NCBI GenBank assembly: GCA_963805975.1
Contig: CAWDVR010000002.1
Span: forward strand, 128,001-192,000
DNA from: an uncultured Acidobacteriota bacterium
GTDB taxonomy: Bacteria; Acidobacteriota; Thermoanaerobaculia; Multivoradales; SZUA-115
Direction of reading: 5' to 3'
Length of the DNA stretch: 64,000 nucleotides
The notes under the pieces were generated by a model. The model made no database searches, was not told the DNA's origin, and saw nothing but the letters and a program-made list of their open reading frames with translations. Positions 8,085 through 17,655 of the stretch are shown here, piece after piece; positions within the stretch are counted from its first letter, which is position 1; each line of letters begins with the position of its first letter. The position numbers were made by a program, and so were the translations under genes.

Positions 8085-10526
8085 GTGCACCGCGCCACGA
8101 TTCTGCTGGGCTGGGGCAAGCTCGGGCGCGAGGTCCTGCGCCGGATGCTGGTCACCGCCGCGCTGCGCGATGCCCTGGCCTGGGAAACCGGCGGCGGCGA
8201 TCCGCTGGACAGAAAGCGGCGCCTCGCCGGCCTCGAGCTCTTCTGTCTGACCGAGCCGCCGGCCGAGGGTGACGGCCGCCAGAGCTTCACTGGCCTGTTC
8301 GGTGAGACCGATCTCGAGCTGCTGGCGGACGTCGAGGCCCAGATCCGCGACCTCGACGCCGGGGCCGAGGGCGGGGAGGCCGTGGCACGAGCGGTGGTCG
8401 AGGGCGCCAAGCGCCTGCTGGCTGCAAACGGCGAGGCCGACGCCAGCCGGCCGCCCGGGCTCGACCTGCTGGTGGTGGCGCACCCGCACGACCGTGAAGC
8501 GCTCGGCCGGCTGGAAACGGTGATGGATCGGGTGTTCGCCGCGCTCGGGCGGCTCGGCGTCCTGCAGCGCAGCGTACCCGGGGCCGAACCGCTGGCGGCA
8601 GTGGCTCTGCTCGATCTCGACGGCGAATGGGACCCGGCGCCGGCGGCACGGGCCCTGCGGGCGACGCTGGCGGAGATCCTGGAGCGTTGGGAGGGGCGCC
8701 GGCGAACGGGCGAGATCACCTTCACCCGGGTCTACCTGAGCGGCGAGATGGGGCGCCACCAAGTACGGCGCAGCGAGCTGCGCATCGACGAGCTCAGCCT
8801 GTTTCTCGAGCTGATGCTGTTCGAGGGCCGGCAGCACGAGTCGCTCCGGCGGCTCTTTCAGCCCCAGCCCGTGCAGGAGCCCGGGCTCGGCACTTTCGGC
8901 GTGCGCCTCTTCGAGCACAACCACTCGCTGCTCAAACAGCTGGCGGCGGCGCGCTTCGGGGGTCTGTGGCTGCGCTACCTGGCCGGCGCGGTCCCGGCCG
9001 ACGACGATCGCCCCAGCTCGCCGCTCGCCGAGCGGCTGGCGCCGTTTCATCCCGCGCGCCTCAACCAGCTCTTGGGCTGGGACGAGGTCGAACGCAATCT
9101 CGGGCGCGAGCTCGGTGCGCTCGAAGACGAGCTGCTGGCGATCCCGCCCGAGCGCGACGACTGGGCGCAAGCCGTGCGCGCCCGCTACGAGCAGCACGCC
9201 GCCGCCATCACGGCCGAGCTCGGCGAGAGCGCCGGTCAATCCGCGGCGCGGCTGACGGTCGAGCTCAAGCGCTTTCCGGAGGTGCTCGCGGCCGGCATCA
9301 CCAGCGCGCTTTGCGACCCGCATCGGCCCATCCCCCTGGGAGCCGTGCTGGCAGAGCTCGCCCCTCTGCACGAAGCCACGCGCAGGCTGCCCGCGGCCGT
9401 GCGCCACGGCGAGCGCGCGACGGAATCGTTCTGGCAGCGCCTGGGCCGGCTGGCGGCAAGCTATCGGTCGCTCGCCGGCGAGCGCTTCGCCAGCAAATGG
9501 GTATGGGCCCTCCTGACCTTGCTGGCGAGCGTCGGCTGGCTGGCTTTTGCCCGCCAGGCTCTGGAGGGCTTGCCCGCGCCGGGCCCACTGACCCACCCGG
9601 CCGTGAGCACGCTGCTTTCCGGGCTCCAGGGATTGGCTCATCCCACCATCGCCAGCCTGCTCCTGCTGGCGCTGGCGGCGGCGTTCTTCTTCGGGCTCGC
9701 GGCCCCGGCCCTCGATCGGCGCCTGATGCGCCTGGCGCGCTTTTTCGTCGATCGCCGGCAAGGCCGGCTGGTCGACGCTCTGCGTGCCGCCCTGGCGCGG
9801 AGCGGCGAGCTTGCCGCTCCTCTGGAGGCGACCGTCTCCAGCCTGCAGCGCGACTTGGCGGTGAGCGCGGCCAGCGCCGTGGGCCGCGAAGTGGACCGCG
9901 CGGTACGCCGCATCGAAGAGCTGCGGCGCGAGGCCCTTTGGCTCTCCGAACAGCTCGGACAGTTCCTGGCGCTCTTCGGCCTGACGCTCGACAGTGATAC
10001 GCCGGCGCTCGAGTTGGTGCGCAAGGATGGTACCGGCATTCGCCAGCGCACCGAGCGGGCGAGCGAGCTCACCGCGCTGCTGCGCGCTCACCCTCCGGAG
10101 CCGGCGCTCTATCGCTCCGTCCAGGGCGAGCAGTGGGTCTTCCAGGGCTGGAACGAGCCTGGAGGCTCGATCTTCCTCGACCCACTCGAGTTCATCGCCC
10201 GCCTGAGCCAGCGCTTCCAGGCGCCATCCGGCAGCCTGGGAGAGCCGCGGGACGGCGATGCCGAGCACCAGGAGCTGCTGAGCTTCCTGGCCCAGCGCGG
10301 CAGTGCCAATCTGGCCTTCGACTGGCGCCAGCAGGATGGCGTGGCGGCGCCGCAGCGCCTGGCCGTGCTGCCTCAGCGCTGGAGAATGCTCGGCGGCGTC
10401 ACGGCCCAGCTCACCGACGTCAGCATCGACGGCAGCCGAACGCTGTCGAGCGCCGAGGACGACCGTGCCTATCTGATCAATCTTCAGCTCGGCCTGCCTT
10501 CCAGGCTGCTCGGAGAACAGCCATGA
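8085..10526 (+). CDS. Degenerate tubulin-like paralogue with two TM helices (about 813 aa)
   Basis: AGGAG RBS then GTG; TILLGWGKLGREVL corresponds to TLVVGLGGTGSDIV; LGTFGVRLF..LLKQLAAARF corresponds to FGAFGAVAL..LLEYCALRF; no GGGTGSG; two hydrophobic helices. Confidence 0.65.
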   Translation: MHRATILLGWGKLGREVLRRMLVTAALRDALAWETGGGDPLDRKRRLAGLELFCLTEPPAEGDGRQSFTGLFGETDLELLADVEAQIRDLDAGAEGGEAVARAVVEGAKRLLAANGEADASRPPGLDLLVVAHPHDREALGRLETVMDRVFAALGRLGVLQRSVPGAEPLAAVALLDLDGEWDPAPAARALRATLAEILERWEGRRRTGEITFTRVYLSGEMGRHQVRRSELRIDELSLFLELMLFEGRQHESLRRLFQPQPVQEPGLGTFGVRLFEHNHSLLKQLAAARFGGLWLRYLAGAVPADDDRPSSPLAERLAPFHPARLNQLLGWDEVERNLGRELGALEDELLAIPPERDDWAQAVRARYEQHAAAITAELGESAGQSAARLTVELKRFPEVLAAGITSALCDPHRPIPLGAVLAELAPLHEATRRLPAAVRHGERATESFWQRLGRLAASYRSLAGERFASKWVWALLTLLASVGWLAFARQALEGLPAPGPLTHPAVSTLLSGLQGLAHPTIASLLLLALAAAFFFGLAAPALDRRLMRLARFFVDRRQGRLVDALRAALARSGELAAPLEATVSSLQRDLAVSAASAVGREVDRAVRRIEELRREALWLSEQLGQFLALFGLTLDSDTPALELVRKDGTGIRQRTERASELTALLRAHPPEPALYRSVQGEQWVFQGWNEPGGSIFLDPLEFIARLSQRFQAPSGSLGEPRDGDAEHQELLSFLAQRGSANLAFDWRQQDGVAAPQRLAVLPQRWRMLGGVTAQLTDVSIDGSRTLSSAEDDRAYLINLQLGLPSRLLGEQP

Positions 10527-13420
10527 GGTGGTTGGACCAGGTGGTGCTGCCGGTCGGTACGCTCGCCCTCACGACCTTGGGAGCCCGGCTGGCGCATGCC
10601 GAGCTCGGTCGCCGCCGTCTCGGCCATCGCACGGCCTTCTGGCGGCGGGTGGCGCTCGAGGCCGGGTTGACGCTCGGCCTCCTGAGCCTGATCTCGAGCT
10701 GGCTGGAGCCGTTGCTCCCCACTCTCTGGCAGCGCGGCTGGCACGCCCACTTCGATCTCGTGCCTGGCCAGCTGAGCTTGCGCCTCGGCTATCTCGCCGC
10801 GCTCGCGCTGCCGGTGGCGGTATGGGGAGCGCTGGTGGTCGTGGGCCTGATCCTCGCGGACCGGGCTCGGGGACGCTGGACCGGAAGGCAGCGGGCAGCG
10901 GGGCCGGCGGAGAGCGGGCGTCTCTGGGTACTGGCGGCGGCGTTGCCGCTCGCCGCCGCCCTGCTGGCGGGCTGGCCCCGTCTCGGCGGCGGGCCGGGGG
11001 CTTATCCGGCTTTTACCTGGGCAACACTCGCCGTCGCGCTGGTATCGCTGCTCGCCGCCGCGCTCACCACGAGCCCCGAAGGCCCGGTGACGGCGGCGAA
11101 GCCCGCGGCCGAACGGACCGACGACCCGCCGCGAGTACCCTGGCCCCAGGCCCTGCGCAACCACGGCTTGGACCTGGCGACGATGGCGCGCTGGCCGGCG
11201 AGCAAGCCGCGCCGCGAGCACGGCGAGGTGGCGCGTTCGGAGACGACGACGGACCTCGGAGCACGGCTGGCACGCTCCGGCGCGCGACAGGTCCCGCGGG
11301 AGCTGATCGAAACGGTCGAGACACTGCTGACCGGCGCCCGTGGTGCCGGCAGGCACGGCCGCGCACTGCTGGTGTTCGGCGCCGAGGACGACGGTCGCCT
11401 CGAAACTGTAGCGGCAGCCGCCGGCAGCATGGCCCAGCGCTTCCTGCGCCGGACGCTGGTGATCTGCCCGCACGGTGCCTCGGGCTTGGCGGCAGAGCTG
11501 AAGCGCTTCCTGCCGGCCGGCTCGCCGGAGATCCAGGCCTTCGACCGGCCTGGTGAGATCGACCGGAGCAAGCTGATCTGGGTCGCGACGGCCGAAGCCT
11601 GCTCCGAATCTCTCCTCTTCCAGCTCGCCAGCAACGAGCTGGCGCCCGGATTGGGCCTGGTCGTCTGGTGGGATCTGCACCGCTTCAGCGGTGTGCCGGC
11701 GGCCAACCTCTGGGCGGTTTCACATCGTCTCTACCGCCTGCTGGCGCGCTTCGGCTCCGGCGACGTACGCACTCTCGCCCTGGCTTGGCGCTCCCGCCAT
11801 CCCGGCGCGCAGGTGGAGCGTTACGTTCACCGCCTGTTGCCGCACGCGGAGGCCGACCGGCGCGAGATCCTGCTCGAGCCTTCCTGGCGGCAACCGACCG
11901 AGCTTCATCTGTTGGGCTCCACCGAGCGTTTCTTCAAGCTCGAGCCCACCGTCCTCGCCGATCGCACCCACCCCTTGGTGGCAGCCGCCAAGGCGTCGCT
12001 CGACGCTGCCTGGCCTACGCACCTGGACTTGCCGCCGGCGGCGGCGAGCGCCATGACGCTGCCGCTCGAGCGGGTGCGGGCGAGCGAGCGCCGTCTCGGC
12101 GAGGCGCTGTCGGCGCAGCCCGCGGCGGCGGCGGCGCGCCTGCTCACGATCGAGCCGTGGGACGTGCTGGCCCTGCCCGAGCGCATCAGCGAGCTCGGCC
12201 GTGCGACTTCGGAGAGCGACCCTCACCATGTCGGCGTGATGACGACGGGCAACCCCTACGTCGAGTACCTGCTGCATACATTGGCGGAGCAGCCGGCGGC
12301 GCTCCCCACCGCTTCACGCCGCATGGTGGCGGCCGTGGGTCAGCCCCGCATCCTCCACCGCCACCTGCTGCGGGCGCTGGCCGAGCTGCCGGATACCGGG
12401 GCGAATCTGCGACGCGACTTTCTCGCTTACGAGGGTGCGGTGGAGCAGACGCTCGCCGAACTGCACGCCAAGAACGAGCTGGCCCGCAGCGAGATCCGCA
12501 CGCTGGGGCCGGACCGCAAGCTCTGCCGCGATTTCAAGTACCACAGCTTCTCACCGCCGGACCGCAGATATGTGCCGTTCGACAGCGTCGGCGGCGAGCT
12601 GATCGACGTGCGTGATTCGGCGGCGGCGCAGGATCACCGCGGCGTGGTGCTGTCGGTCGACAGCGAGCGCCTGCTCATCAAGGCCTACCCCCATCGTGTT
12701 TTCACGCACGGCGGGCGGCGCTATCAAGTGCGCGAGTGGCTCTCGATCGACGAGGCCTTGCGCCGCGGCTTTGTCGAGTGCGAGCTCGAGGCGAATCCCG
12801 TCTCGAGCTTGCGCCTGCGCCGGCATACCTTGCAGGCCGTGCGACCCGAAGGCAACCGGGTCAACCTCGGGCGGCCGGAGCGTGGCCTCGCTCGCCAGCT
12901 CGCGCACCTCACCTACGAAGAGTGGGTGGACGGCGCACTGCACTGGAGCCGCGATCCCGCCGGCCGCATCCAGTCGCGATCGCTGCTGCTCGAGCGCGCG
13001 CTGCCGTTGCGCCTCGCGACCTCGGCGCTGCGCCTGTTCTTCCCCGACGACGCGAGCCGGCCGGCCCTCGAAGCGATCGCCCAGGCCTTCCGTTCGATCT
13101 TGCCGGTACACCTCGGTGTCGACGAGGACGATCTCGAAGTGGTGGCCTTCGGCGGCATGGCCGGTGAGCAGGGGCCGCGCGGCATCGCCTTGGTCGAGCT
13201 CTATTCCGGCGGCTTCGGCCTGCTCGAGCCGGTGGCCGAAGATCTCGACTTCCTCTTTGATCTGCTGGCGCGCATTCGCGCCTGGCTCAACTCCTGTCCT
13301 TGCCGCAGCACCGAAGGTTGTGAGCGGTGTCTGCGCTCGATCTCTGCTCTCGCCTGCAACGCGGGTCTGAGGCGGAGCCGGGCCGCCGCGCTCGAAACCC
13401 TGGCGCGCGTGCTGGGCTGA
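10523..13420 (+). CDS. Multi-TM protein fused to an inactivated Hrq1/YprA/MrfA-type SF2 helicase with DUF1998 Zn site (about 965 aa)
   Basis: ATGA overlap; about 5 N-terminal TM segments; VVWWDLHRFSGV at the DEAH position; YPHRVFTHGGRRYQV; LVELYSGGFG; CPCRSTEGCERC. Confidence 0.8.
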   Translation: MRWLDQVVLPVGTLALTTLGARLAHAELGRRRLGHRTAFWRRVALEAGLTLGLLSLISSWLEPLLPTLWQRGWHAHFDLVPGQLSLRLGYLAALALPVAVWGALVVVGLILADRARGRWTGRQRAAGPAESGRLWVLAAALPLAAALLAGWPRLGGGPGAYPAFTWATLAVALVSLLAAALTTSPEGPVTAAKPAAERTDDPPRVPWPQALRNHGLDLATMARWPASKPRREHGEVARSETTTDLGARLARSGARQVPRELIETVETLLTGARGAGRHGRALLVFGAEDDGRLETVAAAAGSMAQRFLRRTLVICPHGASGLAAELKRFLPAGSPEIQAFDRPGEIDRSKLIWVATAEACSESLLFQLASNELAPGLGLVVWWDLHRFSGVPAANLWAVSHRLYRLLARFGSGDVRTLALAWRSRHPGAQVERYVHRLLPHAEADRREILLEPSWRQPTELHLLGSTERFFKLEPTVLADRTHPLVAAAKASLDAAWPTHLDLPPAAASAMTLPLERVRASERRLGEALSAQPAAAAARLLTIEPWDVLALPERISELGRATSESDPHHVGVMTTGNPYVEYLLHTLAEQPAALPTASRRMVAAVGQPRILHRHLLRALAELPDTGANLRRDFLAYEGAVEQTLAELHAKNELARSEIRTLGPDRKLCRDFKYHSFSPPDRRYVPFDSVGGELIDVRDSAAAQDHRGVVLSVDSERLLIKAYPHRVFTHGGRRYQVREWLSIDEALRRGFVECELEANPVSSLRLRRHTLQAVRPEGNRVNLGRPERGLARQLAHLTYEEWVDGALHWSRDPAGRIQSRSLLLERALPLRLATSALRLFFPDDASRPALEAIAQAFRSILPVHLGVDEDDLEVVAFGGMAGEQGPRGIALVELYSGGFGLLEPVAEDLDFLFDLLARIRAWLNSCPCRSTEGCERCLRSISALACNAGLRRSRAAALETLARVLG

Positions 13421-13436
13421 GGAACCGAGGCCCCTC

Positions 13437-15365
13437 ATGCCATGGATCGGATTCGCTGACCGGCCCGCCCTGGGCCAGCTCAAGGCCCAGATGGCTGGCT
13501 GCCGGCAACGCGTGCCGGCTCGCTGCCAGGGCTTCGAGCGCACATTGCTCGAGGTCGAGCGCGAGATCGAGATCGCGTTCCGTCGCTGGTGGCCCCTGCG
13601 GCCGCGTGAGGACGAGCTGGCACGGCTCCGGAAGCGCACGCTCGAGCTCGCGGCCGACAGTGAAGCCTTTGCCGCTTTCGCCGCCGCCCTGACGCCGCTC
13701 GAGGAAAAAGTCCGCTGGCTGCGCCATGAAGCCCTGCGCACGCCGAACCCCGAGGTGCAGAACTGGCTCATCCGCCACTGCGATGGCTGGGTTGGGGCCC
13801 TGTCACGACTCGGCCAGGCGCAACGAGCCGCCGAGCTCGCCGCGGAGCGGAAGCGTTTGCTCGAAGTGGAAGCTGAGGTGCGCCTGGCCGAGGAGGCCAT
13901 CACCGTGCTGGCCGAGCTGGCGCGGGCGGCGGCGACCCTGCCGGGCGAAGTCGGAGTGGCGCCGCTCGCGGCCCAGCTCCTCGGGTTGCGGCAGGACGTG
14001 CTCCACGCACAAGTCACGGCCGAGCTGCTGCGCAAGGCACGGCGCTTCCTCGCGCCGCTCGCCAACCTCCAGCCCCCGAGCCCGGTGCAAGGCCAGGCCG
14101 AGGACCTGATCGTGCTCGTCACGGTGCTTCAAAGCTGGAGCGGCGCCACTGGCCTCCTGGTGTCACAAGTCGAGGCGCTGGTGGCGCGGGTGCTCAGCCA
14201 TCAGGGGCCCCCGGACGAGCTCGCTGCCCAGGGCCGAGAGCTGCTCGAACAGCTGCTCGCTCTCGCCCGCAGCCGGCGCGAGGCGAGCCTGCGGAATCTC
14301 GACCAGCAGAACCAAGCCCTGGCCAACGGCTGCGGCAGACAGCCAGAGCAGAAATCGCTCGAGGCCGGCCTCGAAGCGCTGGCCAAGAAGAACGTGGCCG
14401 AGCCCGCCGACCATCAAGCCTGGGAAAGCGACCTCGAGCAGCTGCGCCGGCGCTTCGCGGACCTGGCCAAGGTCCTCGAGCAGCGCCTGCAGGCCACGCT
14501 CGGAGAACGGCTCGATGCTGCCACCGAGGTGCTGCGGCGGCTCGAGCAGGAATCCGACCTGCCCGCCGCGGTCGCTACCGAGTGCGATCGGCTTTCCGGC
14601 AGCTGGCGAGATCTCGCCGAGCGGCGCGGATGGAGCGAGGTGCTGCCGGGCCTGGCCGACGCGAAGGAGCTGCACGAGACGCTCTTGGCGCTCGAAGCCA
14701 GCGTGATTGCCGAGCGGGCCGCCACACGATCGCTCGACGAGCGGCGGCCCGCGCTCATCGACGAGCTCCAGGCCTTGTCCGCGGCTCAGCTGCGGCCACA
14801 GGAGCGAGCCGAGCGCGACCTTTGCCTGCGCGAGCTCGACGAGCTCGGGCCGGCGCCCACCACCGATCTGCGGCAGCGGCGCCTGCGCGTGGAACCGGTC
14901 GTGGCCCAGGGTGAAGACCTGCTCGAGCGCCTGCGCCAGGCGGAGGGGCGCGTGCGCGCACGGCACGCGGACTTGCTGCGCCGGCTCGAGGCCTTTCATC
15001 GCGCCGACTACGGGCTGGAGACAAGCCCGCTGCGCGATCGGGTGGAAGGCTTGATCCACGGCGTGCCCGCGACGCCCCAGGCCTGGAACGCCGTCGAGGA
15101 CCAGCTCGCGCTCGCCGAGGAGCTGCTCATTCGCCTCGACCGGCATGGCCGGCGCCGCGCGGCCGCACAGGTCGCGGGTCTGCTCGAAGCCCTGGACCGG
15201 AGCCGAACGGTGCGGCTTGAGCCGGTGTTGCGGCGCGAGATCGACGAGCTCGTGGCCAAAGCGTTGCAGTCGGGGAGCCACACCCTGCCGCCGAGCTCGT
15301 GGCGGCGGCGAGCCGAGCAGCTCTTGCGGCGCGCCGGTGCACCCGTGCTGCGAGGAGGTGTGTGA
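13437..15365 (+). CDS. Large alpha-helical/coiled-coil protein of unknown function (642 aa)
   Basis: GAGG RBS; L/E/R/A-rich heptad-like composition; stop overlaps the next ATG (TGATG). Confidence 0.75.
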   Translation: MPWIGFADRPALGQLKAQMAGCRQRVPARCQGFERTLLEVEREIEIAFRRWWPLRPREDELARLRKRTLELAADSEAFAAFAAALTPLEEKVRWLRHEALRTPNPEVQNWLIRHCDGWVGALSRLGQAQRAAELAAERKRLLEVEAEVRLAEEAITVLAELARAAATLPGEVGVAPLAAQLLGLRQDVLHAQVTAELLRKARRFLAPLANLQPPSPVQGQAEDLIVLVTVLQSWSGATGLLVSQVEALVARVLSHQGPPDELAAQGRELLEQLLALARSRREASLRNLDQQNQALANGCGRQPEQKSLEAGLEALAKKNVAEPADHQAWESDLEQLRRRFADLAKVLEQRLQATLGERLDAATEVLRRLEQESDLPAAVATECDRLSGSWRDLAERRGWSEVLPGLADAKELHETLLALEASVIAERAATRSLDERRPALIDELQALSAAQLRPQERAERDLCLRELDELGPAPTTDLRQRRLRVEPVVAQGEDLLERLRQAEGRVRARHADLLRRLEAFHRADYGLETSPLRDRVEGLIHGVPATPQAWNAVEDQLALAEELLIRLDRHGRRRAAAQVAGLLEALDRSRTVRLEPVLRREIDELVAKALQSGSHTLPPSSWRRRAEQLLRRAGAPVLRGGV

Positions 15366-16138
15366 TGTCTAGTGACTTAGGAACACCCCGGCAGATCTGC
15401 CTGTGGGGGCCGGTGAGCGCGGGCAAGACGGCGCTGCTCGCTCAGCTCGTCCACGCCGCACCGCTCGCCACGGATTCCTGGGAGGTGCTGCCTGCGGCCG
15501 AGGCGCAGGATTTCGTCGAGTCGACCCGGCATCGCATGCGCGAGCAGAATCGTTTTCCCGCGGCCACCACCGCCGGCGGCGGTCTGGCGCTGGCCTTTCA
15601 CTTTCGCCACCGGCGCCTGGGCAGCACCGCGACGCTGGCGGTCGAGGATCGGGCGGGCGACGATTCGCAAGCCTTCACGCCGCTCGGCGAGACGATCACC
15701 CGGGCGGAAGGCCTGGTGATGCTGCTCGACTCGACCTACGAGCCGGCGGTCCTCGAGGGTTTCCTGCTCCGCACGCTCGAGCGGCTCTCTTACGCCCGCG
15801 GTGCGCACTCCGGCCGCGATCCGCGACCGATCGCGGTCTGCCTCTCGAAGGCCGATCTCTACATCCAAACACCGGACGACCTGGCGAGCGCGAGCGCCGA
15901 GCCCGATGCCTTCGTGCGGCGGCGGCTCGACGAGCGCTGCCTGGCACCGCTCGCCACCTACTGCGAACGCTTCCAGCTCTTCCCGGTGTCGGCGATCGGC
16001 CTGCGCCTGCGCTGGGGGGCGATCGAACCGGTGGTGTTCGTGGATGAATCCGGCACCGAGCGCCTGTGCCCCCACACCACGCCGCTCAATCTCCTGGCCC
16101 CGTTTACCTGGGTGCTCGACCAATTGCAGGAGGCCTGA
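15365..16138 (+). CDS. TRAFAC-class P-loop GTPase, double-GTPase type (about 257 aa)
   Basis: G1 GPVSAGKT, G2 PAATT, G3 DRAG, G4 SKAD, G5 VSA; C-terminal PLNLLAPFTWVL. Confidence 0.85.
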   Translation: MSSDLGTPRQICLWGPVSAGKTALLAQLVHAAPLATDSWEVLPAAEAQDFVESTRHRMREQNRFPAATTAGGGLALAFHFRHRRLGSTATLAVEDRAGDDSQAFTPLGETITRAEGLVMLLDSTYEPAVLEGFLLRTLERLSYARGAHSGRDPRPIAVCLSKADLYIQTPDDLASASAEPDAFVRRRLDERCLAPLATYCERFQLFPVSAIGLRLRWGAIEPVVFVDESGTERLCPHTTPLNLLAPFTWVLDQLQEA

Positions 16139-17622
16139 TGGCAAGCGCGCTTTCCTGGCCGGCATTCAGCGGTATTCAAGGCCGCTCGTGGCAGCTGCCG
16201 CAGGAGCTCCGCGTCCGGCGTGGCATCTGGGGAAAAGTGCATGGCGCGCGCACCGATTTTCGCTGGATCGCCCAAAGCTCCGGCTTCGGTCATGGTGCAC
16301 AGCCGCTGGAAAAGCTCTTCTGGATGGGGCTCGAAGAGCAACCCACTCGCGCCGCCTTCTGGCGGGCGACCCCGGCTCGGTGGCTGGCGATCTCGGCCTA
16401 CCCCAGTCGCGCGGTGGATTGGAACGGGCGGCGGGGTTTCTGCGAGCGGCAGGTCCTCGAGTGGACGCCCGACCCCACCACCGAAACCCTGCCGGCGGCA
16501 GCCGCGGCACTCCTGCTGCTGCCTCGGGCCGAGACCTTCGACGACAGCCTGTGGTGGGATCAGGCGCTGCAACTCGCGGACTCCCCGGATCTCGTGCTGC
16601 CGCTGGTGGAAGATCGATCTCTGTACGTCCAGGTCGACGAGATCGCCCTTGCGGACGCGGTTCGACGGGGGCTCGACGAGCTGCGCAGCAGCGCTGCCGA
16701 CGGCGAGCTGCTGCCCGGTCTCGCGGCGCTCTACACGGCCCTTCGCGCCGGCCAGCAACCGGCTCTGCTGAGCGGGCTGCTCCAACCTCTTTCGGGGGTC
16801 GCTCTCGCCACCCTACTGTTGCTCCTGCCGCGCGAGCAGGCCGACCGCCTGTCGCTGGCCGGATGGCTCTTCGCCCACGGCGTGGCACCCTCGCGCCTGG
16901 CGGACAACTGGGACGTGGTCGCCCTGCCGCCACCGGCAGGAGAGCGTTCCATCACGCCCGACGACGAGGGCCTGCGCATGGCCGAGGCCCTGCTCGCGGG
17001 CGAGCCGCCGGGCGAGCTCGTCCCGCTCCCTCGCGCACCCAGGGCGAGCGCAGCCGTGACGAGCTCGTCACCCATCCAGTCCTGGATATCCCAGCCCCAG
17101 GCGCCACAGCCTTCAGAGCCCCCAGAAGAAGCTCGGCCGCTCGCCGCCCCCGGCCCGGAGGCGCCGGCGGTACTGCACGAGATCTTCCGGTTCGCCAGCG
17201 CCGGCAATCGCCGCTGGCTCGCGCCGGAAGCGATCGCACAGGTCTATCGGCAGCAAGCTCGCGGCGGTGCGCTCGCACCGGCCGACCGCGAGCTGCTCTG
17301 CGGCTGGATCGCTCAGCTCGCGACCCACCGCCCCCCTCACGCCGACGCGGACCAATGGCTGACGAAGGTGGACCTGCTGCGCGCGCTCGCCCTCGCCCTG
17401 GCGCCGTCTCCCGAAATCCTGGACCGTCTCGGAAGCTTCGCCAGTCAGCGGGTGCCGCCGCTGCTCTACGCCCCGATCTTCCAGGCCGGCCCGGAGATGC
17501 TGCGCGACCGCTTGGGCGATGCGGCTTTCCGCGCCGTTGCGAAAGAAAGCCGGGGTTGCCACTCGCCGCGCTGGCGACAGTGGGTCGAAGAATGGCTGGC
17601 GCCGCCCTCCGACGGCTTGTAG
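16138..17622 (+). CDS. GTPase-associated protein, GAP1-N-like (about 494 aa)
   Basis: TGATG coupling to the GTPase; WGKVHGARTDFRWIAQSSGF and VDWNGRRG motifs; Pro-rich linker then a helical domain. Confidence 0.6.
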   Translation: MASALSWPAFSGIQGRSWQLPQELRVRRGIWGKVHGARTDFRWIAQSSGFGHGAQPLEKLFWMGLEEQPTRAAFWRATPARWLAISAYPSRAVDWNGRRGFCERQVLEWTPDPTTETLPAAAAALLLLPRAETFDDSLWWDQALQLADSPDLVLPLVEDRSLYVQVDEIALADAVRRGLDELRSSAADGELLPGLAALYTALRAGQQPALLSGLLQPLSGVALATLLLLLPREQADRLSLAGWLFAHGVAPSRLADNWDVVALPPPAGERSITPDDEGLRMAEALLAGEPPGELVPLPRAPRASAAVTSSSPIQSWISQPQAPQPSEPPEEARPLAAPGPEAPAVLHEIFRFASAGNRRWLAPEAIAQVYRQQARGGALAPADRELLCGWIAQLATHRPPHADADQWLTKVDLLRALALALAPSPEILDRLGSFASQRVPPLLYAPIFQAGPEMLRDRLGDAAFRAVAKESRGCHSPRWRQWVEEWLAPPSDGL

Positions 17623-17655
17623 CGACTTCGTGCTCACCACCTGCAACCCGTAGGC

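Noticed and set aside
10523-13420. DISARM or Druantia defence call based on DUF1998
   Set aside because: No methylase, DrmC/D or Dru partners, and the helicase motifs are dead.
16138-17622. Type VI secretion TagF
   Set aside because: The GK..DF motif is similar, but no T6SS genes are present and GTPase coupling fits GAP1-N better.
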